This document shows, piece after piece, positions 34,180-40,646 of a stretch of DNA of 40,646 nt (the first letter of the stretch is position 1; each line of letters opens with the position of its first letter). Source of the stretch: Asterionella formosa (taxonomy: Eukaryota); NCBI GenBank assembly GCA_002256025.1, contig NKIB01014774.1, forward strand, positions 1-40,646, read 5' to 3'. A program made the position numbers and the translations under genes. The notes below the pieces were generated by a model that worked only from the letters and a program-made list of their open reading frames with translations, ran no database searches and was not told the DNA's origin.

Positions 34180-35361
34180 AAATGAGAACATTCTTCAGCT
34201 TGCAAGAAAAATGCGACATCATGGGCGGACTCCCTGGCAACATCAAAGCTGTTGCACGTAAGTATGGCATCAGTGCCAACAATATTCAGCGCAGGAAAGC
34301 TAGTTATCTTTCATGATTTTGACACTCAATATACCGATGTAGAAGGTTTATTGTTGGATGAGGGTCGTTCCTTTGTTAAGAAACATATGTTTCATATGGG
34401 CTATTCACGTAGAAATAGTGCAGCTGAATTTGCTGCGATTTGTCAATTGTAGTACAATCAGCTTTGCGGTGATGGTTGCGCTTTATCCGTCATGTTGCTT
34501 GCTGAAGGGAAGGGCTGAAGTGCTTGTCGGGACATTTTGTTAGCTTGATCGTCATGCAACATCGTGTAGCTCATTGGTGCGCCTCGCAAAACATTGTATA
34601 TTGTCGTATCACCCAGTTACAAGTCGCGAAACACGCACTATGTACTAAGTGTCATGCAGGAAAATCTCCAGTACATTATCACCCAGTTTCTTGTAGGGTC
34701 ATATCATTGTCTTAAAATCGTAAAAATTGATGAAACAAATATTTATTTTCACATGGTGGGTGCTGGGCTCACGCTAAACTATCAGCTTAAGCACCAATCG
34801 CAGCATGCGTTGCACAGTGTTGTTGGGCGTTTTCATGTCTGGAGAGAAGCTTGCTCCTCTTGCTGTTTTCAAAGGAGTACCTGATGCCAGGATCCAGCGA
34901 GAATTTAACAATCAACAGTTTTTGCTTATCCCCCACAGATGGTTTATTGTTGTCAGGAAAAAGCGTGGGTGGACGAGTCGGTTTTTTCTGTGTGGATTCA
35001 CGATATTTGGAAGTCACAGACAATCAGTCACCATGGCACCCAACGATCCAACCTTCTGATGGACGAGTTCCAGGTGCATTTGATGGCAACAAGCCTCAAT
35101 GCAATTGAGGATTGTGGAAGTGCTGTGGACTTCATTTGTGGAGGATACACCTCCAAACCACAGATGTCGAACGTCGGGGTAAATAAGCCCTTTAACGGCT
35201 TTGTTAGGGATGCCTATGAGAACTGGATGGTCATTCATCCTCATGGCACGAAGGTGAAGCGTCAGGATGTCTTTCAGTGTGTCTGGACAGCATGGGAGAG
35301 GGTGTCAGAAACCACAATTTTGAACTCTTGGAATTTGGTTGGTTACATTGCAAGTGACTGA
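34180..35361 (+). mobile_element. Degraded pogo/Tigger-like (CENP-B HTH + DDE_1) transposase
   Basis: MRTFFSLQEK...IKAVARKYGI (psq-type HTH), IDETNIYF, RCTVLLGVFMSGEKLAPLAVFKG, QEKAWVDE, LLMDEFQVH and GGYTSKPQMSNVGVNKPF (last catalytic D appears as N), with frameshifts. A possible left end is TA-CCGTATAATTC at 33822. Confidence 0.85.
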
Positions 35362-37757
35362 AGACCATAGATTGCTGAAGGCAATACACGCCCGAGGTGG
35401 TCTCATGCCTGCAAGTATACATGTGTTCGAGGCTGGGTGGCACAAGCAGGTTGACTGGTGTACAAGTGGCGCCTCTGGCGCTGCAAGAAGTTCACCCTAC
35501 AAGTGCCAACCCAGCCGAGTACACATGTGTATGAGAATGCATGTAGCCACTGAGAAGGGTATTGCTGAGGCAATTCACAAACTAGCTATTTTCACACCAT
35601 TCGCTTACCTACTGCCCACTCATTGAGTGTAAATGTCAATTTTAGCTCACTATAGCCCATCATAGAAAATATACTTCGTGTATTTCCTATCTTCACATCG
35701 AAATTTGCAATGGGTCCAATATTGCCCATCATTAGAATATATTTTGTATATTTCCTATGTCCGCATTTTGGCATTACAATTTCTTGTAGCAATAGCCCCT
35801 CGATTTTCTTGCCCTGAGATTGCCGAAATTGGCAAGGGATCTACTTAAGAAAACCACCACTTTATATACTCTACAGATTTTAATAATATATATCTAGAAT
35901 TGACCTCGTTTTTGTTTGTCTCGTGAAAAGTGGACTCCAGCAATTCACCTTTCACCATGCCGATCGTCGTCCATCATGACCGGTTTGAAGCAAAATCAGT
36001 TCAGTGAGGATGCCAGTAGCGATTCGTTGTCTAACGGATGCGGTTGGTTTTTGGATTGCTTGTCTTCTTGAGGGAATCATGTAGTCGCATCGTCCATATT
36101 TCGTCAGATGAACAATGATATCGATACATCTGATGTTGGTGTCAAGTTTTTGCTCAGGTCATGCATGGTGTGATGATGCTGCCTTAACGGATATTCTACC
36201 GGTACTAGTACTAGTCATCTAGCCTACATAGTACGTACCTGGTATTAAAAACAACAATGCATGGTTTAAGCTAAACATTAACGCTTACTTTGAGCACGTT
36301 ATAATATTATCGCTGTAGACTTGGTATTATCTTTACGAGACCAAAATGTTAAATTGTATTACTTGTTCACATATTGATTGATTTTATGTACCATTCGTCC
36401 TCCTCACAATTATCCTTCTCACTCTATCCTGTCTGTCGTTGCACTCAGTTTGGGATCATAACAGGAACTTTCGACTTTCTTTTGAGCCCATCATCTGTTG
36501 TGTGTTACGCTTGTTAGAGCGGATCGGTGAGTACAACAGCCAGTGAAACACTGAATGGGATCATAGATACTAATTGTCGAATTTCCGATTTGATTGCTTC
36601 CATGGTCTGTTTTGATTGCTTCCATCGTTGTTTATTGTTCCGCACTGACGTTTTATTTCAATTGGACCTATCTACATAAGAAACAATGTATTTATCAATG
36701 ACTACTCTTTGACGATGTATTGTTGTTGATTGTATTTTGTTGATTTGTATAGGTATTTACCATGATGTCCATATTGCTGCCAAGCAACAATGATGCTTTT
36801 CTTGTACTCATGCGCTTTGCTACATTTCTAATACAAGTTTGTATCACAAGCTAAATAAATACTCAGCTAGAGGGTGTCAGTAGTGCTGGAGCTTCCTGAT
36901 GATCACGATCAATCAGAACAGATTGGAATGAAATGATCAGGGCTGCTGTGTGATGGTAGGAAGAATGACTGTGGGCAGAAGGACTGCAAGCAACTTGGGT
37001 CAGGCTACTACAGCGATGTTCATGGTTGTAGCAAGAACCAGATCATCTACGTTACATCACGATGCAGATTTCAATTGGGTTGAGCTTTTTTCTTCTTTAT
37101 CTGTTTCATTTCGCTCTTCGATGGTGTGATGGAAAGTCATTGTTGCCTGTGTAAGTGCTACAATGCATACATCTCCATTGAATCTCCTATTTTTCTTCAT
37201 TTCTAAACCAAAACAATTTTATCTATTTCTCATTTGACACATCTTATTACATCGCATTTCATACTTTGGTTGCTCCAAACATCATGTTCAATTTTCATTG
37301 ATGTTGCATGTTACAATCATTCTCGTGTGTTTTATGCTTGTTGTACCATCTCTATGCATATTACCGTTATTCTGGCTGTCATGCTAAAATCGGCAATTTT
37401 AATGCCGAAAAAATCGATGTGCCCCATATTGCCCCTAAATAAAAATTACTTAAGAAATTACTTTGAGCCTAAAAATTACTTAGAAGTACCCGAATGGCAA
37501 GACGATAGCTGGAGCGGGAATTGCCGGTATATTGAACACAGGTACTTAAATAGTTTCTGAAAATGTTTGTTGGGTGTCGTCCCTGTTAATTAAGGCCACT
37601 ACCACCAGTATTTTTTCTCGGAGTGCTACGGGTATACACTCATCATAGCATCAAGCTCGTTCTTGCTTAATCCTTGTTCATTGCGATTCATTCTACCTTC
37701 AGATCCAAGTAGAGTAGCTGCAGCGTTGCATACATATTCCAGCCAGCACAGCTGATC

Positions 37758-38280
37758 ATGAGTAGTAGCGAATTAACGTCGAGAAAGTCTTCCAATGTGA
37801 GTCCACACCAGCAGCGGCAGCTCCGAACAAGTGCCGACATGACTCCGCACAGCTGCATCTGCAACTCCTTCTGTGCGTACTTAAAGTTTCTAACAACCCC
37901 CGTCTCTTGCACTCCAGTCGCGCCTCCCCCCTGAAGTGAATCGCATTATATATGTCCGGAACCTCCCATTCACCATTACAGCAGAGGAGCTGTACGCCAT
38001 TTTCGGAAAGTATGGGGCCGTGTTTCAAATACGTCTGGGAGAGAAATCATCAGACAAACGCGGGACTGCATTTGTGGTTTACGAAGATATCTACGATGCA
38101 AAAGCAGCTGTGGATCATTTGTCAGGATTCAACGTGGGTGGGCGCTATCTCGTCATGCTCTATTATCAACCTGCGAAGTTTGAAAGGCGTCAAGAAGCTG
38201 CTGAAAAGCAACTGGAAGTGGAAGAGTTAAGGAAGCAAGTCAATCAGAAAAAGGCAGCGCTAGCGAAGCAATCTTCTTGA
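37758..38280 (+). CDS. SF3B6: Splicing factor 3B subunit 6 (SF3b14/p14), 2 exons: 37758-37796 and 37918-38280
   Basis: [13 protein letters not shown], then an intron GTGAGT...TTCTAAC...CCAG (37797-37917, 121 nt, phase 0), then [18 protein letters not shown]...FGKYG..QIRLG...[37 protein letters not shown]. Confidence 0.95.
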
Positions 38281-38323
38281 AATATATGTGTACTCAATGG
38301 GTTGTTGTTATGGAAACCAACGA

Positions 38324-38872
38324 CTAATCAAACGTGCCTACGACATCATCATCATTGCACTTGCCGAGAAAGTGCTCCCAGGAAATCCATTGCCCTAACC
38401 GAGCGTAGTATTCATCGGGAGCCGACGGTATGTAGGTATTCAAACCTTCTCCCAATGACACAAAATCTCTCCAATCTTGTTCGCAATCAAACCTGCCCGT
38501 TGCTATGGCCCACTTGCGACATTCTACATAGGGTATGAAGCGGGCTCTTGCTTTTAGAAATCTCTGTATATTCGCCTCTTCCAATTTAGCCTTGGCCACT
38601 CTCCAGTCCAAATCAGGCATAATGTGGCCTTCATCGTCTCCTTCATCAAATTCAGCGTTAAAGTAGGACGACTTGGAATCGTCATTGATCATTTGTATCA
38701 GTAGGACGCCGTGATGACGAGCATGACACCCTGGACTTGCAAACCCATCCCCACAGAAAAATAAGAACCCAAAACAGTAATAAACGACCAACACACACAC
38801 TCGTTGATTCCAATGTTTTGCTTGTCGCAACTGCAGCTGAGTTCGACCACTTATATTAGACCATGTAAGCAT
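38324..38872 (-). CDS. Small protein with a single 'phage-integrase repeat'-like unit, possibly organelle-targeted
   Basis: The C-terminus RFIPYVECRKWA...DWRDF...YIPSAPDEYY..LGQWISWEHFLG resembles the Y.EA.....EW....IPS.P...Y..W..W.DFLG repeat. A hydrophobic stretch VCVLVVYYCFGFLFFCGDG|F lies upstream. The start is uncertain because the ORF is open to 39124. Confidence 0.65.
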   Translation of the reverse strand: MLTWSNISGRTQLQLRQAKHWNQRVCVLVVYYCFGFLFFCGDGFASPGCHARHHGVLLIQMINDDSKSSYFNAEFDEGDDEGHIMPDLDWRVAKAKLEEANIQRFLKARARFIPYVECRKWAIATGRFDCEQDWRDFVSLGEGLNTYIPSAPDEYYARLGQWISWEHFLGKCNDDDVVGTFD

Positions 38873-39348
38873 ACGACTAGTAGTTCCTTTGGGTCCTCTT
38901 GCAATTAAATCCACGTTGTCATGAGCGCAAGACTCTTTTGCTTGACACCGTACGTATCCAGCATCTTCAGGACTGGAGGGACTGTCTCTTCTGGACGGCT
39001 CCGTTGTGCACATGATGGCACAAGGTAGTTTAGTAGGTATGGTAAAAACATGCATGATGATTACATCGTCATGAGAGCGAGTGTCGAAAAACAACGAACA
39101 AAACCAAGTTGGAAGGGATGACAAAGATAGAAACGAAAACTAAATAAATACCTGTATACATATATTTGCCTACGGTAAAACCAGAGACCACTGCAAAATG
39201 TATACTAAATGACAGAATACAAAGTCTTTTCGGAGTAGTCTAGTTAGTATGTAGACTATGTACCTGGTACAGGTACATGTGTCGGACTGGATTTCGCTTC
39301 CCAGGTACCATACCGGTTTGTATGTTCACGATGCAAAACTTTGTTTTA

Positions 39349-40646
39349 GGGTCGTTCTTATCATTTTTTTTCGTGTATCACGGAATTTGAATTTTTTTGA
39401 AAATGTATCAGCAACGGTAACTCGATTTGAACTGAATTTCATTCATTCCAAAAGTGTCACTGTATCACTAATTTGTGATCACATTGTATCATGGAGTAAA
39501 ATGAATCTTCAACGGCAACAGGCTGGCGAAGATCATGTGTATATCCCTCCAGAATATAATGATGGTCTTGATATCAAGCAACAACAAAATATAATTACCG
39601 GGAAACTAAATATAATATTAAAAACACACATTTGCATGAATCATGTCGTCGCCATTTGATTTACTTGATGATAATGACGATGACAGTAGTGATCTTGATT
39701 TCTTCTTCCTCTGTCATTTAACTAAGGAAGCAGAGGAAAAAGAACACTCATCCAAACGACAAAGGCGACGCTGTAAACGGCAGCTTCAGTCATCTGAACG
39801 ACGACGACAACGAAGGCACAAGTGGCACCACGAAAGAATCTCCTGGCAATCACATGTCGAGAAACTCAATCACGAGATTGCTTTCGAGAAGACATACAGA
39901 ATGTCACACAGAGCATTCAAAAAACTCACCTCCATGCTGGAAATTCAGATTGCAGGGAATTATTCCAAATGTGGCACTTCTGAGCCCATAATTCCCGAAA
40001 TTGTGGTAGCCATTGGTTTGCGATGGCTGGCTGGTGGCAGTTACATCGACATTCGTCATGCCTACGGTTGTAGCATTGCTTCACTTTATCGATGTCGTGA
40101 TTTGTTCATTGATGCTGTACTAAACTGTGAAGAACTCGAAATTATTTTTCCAAAAGAAAAAGAAGAATTTATCAAATTGGCTTCCAGCTTTGAATGCAAA
40201 AGCTCAGAGGGCGTGATGAGAGGATGTGTTGGTGCTATTGACGGCTTCCTTGCCACCATCAACCGCCCGACTATAGTTGAAAGTGGCAACAACCCTGGTT
40301 CATTTTTTTCCGGTCACTACATGACTTATGGAATCAATGTCCAGGCTGTTTGTGATGCTGACTCAAGATTTATTTATTTTGGTGTAATTGCACCGGGAAA
40401 ATGCAGTGACCAAGTAGCTTTTGAAAAAACTTCCATTTTCGATCAAGTTGCAGCATTCAACACAGGTTTTTATCTGGTCGGCGATGCAGCTTACACATTG
40501 TCTGATGTAATGCTTGTTCCCTTTGTTGGCTCACAACGTGATGATCCAACACAGGATACATTTAACTTTTTCCTTTCACAGCTAAGGATAAGAATAGAAA
40601 TGGCATTTGGTCTTCTTCAGACAAAATGGTGTGTTCTGAAAAAAAA
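39349..40646 (+). mobile_element. PIF/Harbinger DNA transposon, left part
   Basis: TTA target (39346-39348) followed by terminus GGGTCGTTCTTATC, subterminal TGTATCA repeats (~39373-39490) and the transposase ORF. Confidence 0.8.
39643..40646 (+). CDS. PIF/Harbinger (HARBI1-like, DDE_Tnp_4) transposase, uninterrupted, 3' end beyond the window
   Basis: ATG 39643 with no stop to the window end (334 codons). Motifs FEKTYRMSHRAFKKL, AIGLRWLAGGSY.DI, GCVGAIDG, FFSGHYMTYGINVQAVCD, PGKCSD, YLVGDAAY and FNFFLSQLRIRIEMAFGLLQTKW. Confidence 0.93.
   Translation, partial: MSSPFDLLDDNDDDSSDLDFFFLCHLTKEAEEKEHSSKRQRRRCKRQLQSSERRRQRRHKWHHERISWQSHVEKLNHEIAFEKTYRMSHRAFKKLTSMLEIQIAGNYSKCGTSEPIIPEIVVAIGLRWLAGGSYIDIRHAYGCSIASLYRCRDLFIDAVLNCEELEIIFPKEKEEFIKLASSFECKSSEGVMRGCVGAIDGFLATINRPTIVESGNNPGSFFSGHYMTYGINVQAVCDADSRFIYFGVIAPGKCSDQVAFEKTSIFDQVAAFNTGFYLVGDAAYTLSDVMLVPFVGSQRDDPTQDTFNFFLSQLRIRIEMAFGLLQTKWCVLKK

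Noticed and set aside
1..40646. Fanzor/TnpB nuclease or viral genes associated with the transposons
   Set aside because: No RuvC plus zinc-finger ORF or capsid/polymerase-like ORF was recognised. Most remaining short ORFs are antisense or alternate-frame shadows of real genes.

Overview
This is a eukaryotic nuclear segment, most likely from a diatom. That assignment is inferred from short GT-AG introns, a signal peptide plus 'SA|F' bipartite plastid-targeting motif, and a CoDi-type copia relic. Recognisable host genes are a JmjC/ROX-like oxygenase, a GT32 glycosyltransferase, TCTP (2 exons), a PHD/EGLN-like 2OG-Fe(II) oxygenase, a 1013-aa type II membrane beta-propeller protein, an EMAPII/Arc1p-like tRNA-binding protein, SF3B6/p14 (2 exons) and a small integrase-repeat-like protein. 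They are interspersed with decayed mobile elements: an IS630/Tc1-like relic, two pogo/DDE_1-type relics, a Kolobok/Mutator-like relic with inverted repeats and a Ty1/copia relic with its 3' LTR. One apparently intact PIF/Harbinger transposase runs off the right edge and is missing from the ORF track. The best new observation is a 237-bp tRNA-headed insertion with a 13-bp target-site duplication (a candidate tRNA-derived SINE), whose removal restores a transposase reading frame. Also notable are a ~430-bp foldback element, a duplicated palindrome-bearing ~150-bp unit and an over-represented intergenic TACC(W)GGTA palindrome. There is one 10-N assembly gap next to a poly-C run. All family assignments come from motif recognition by eye; no searches were run.
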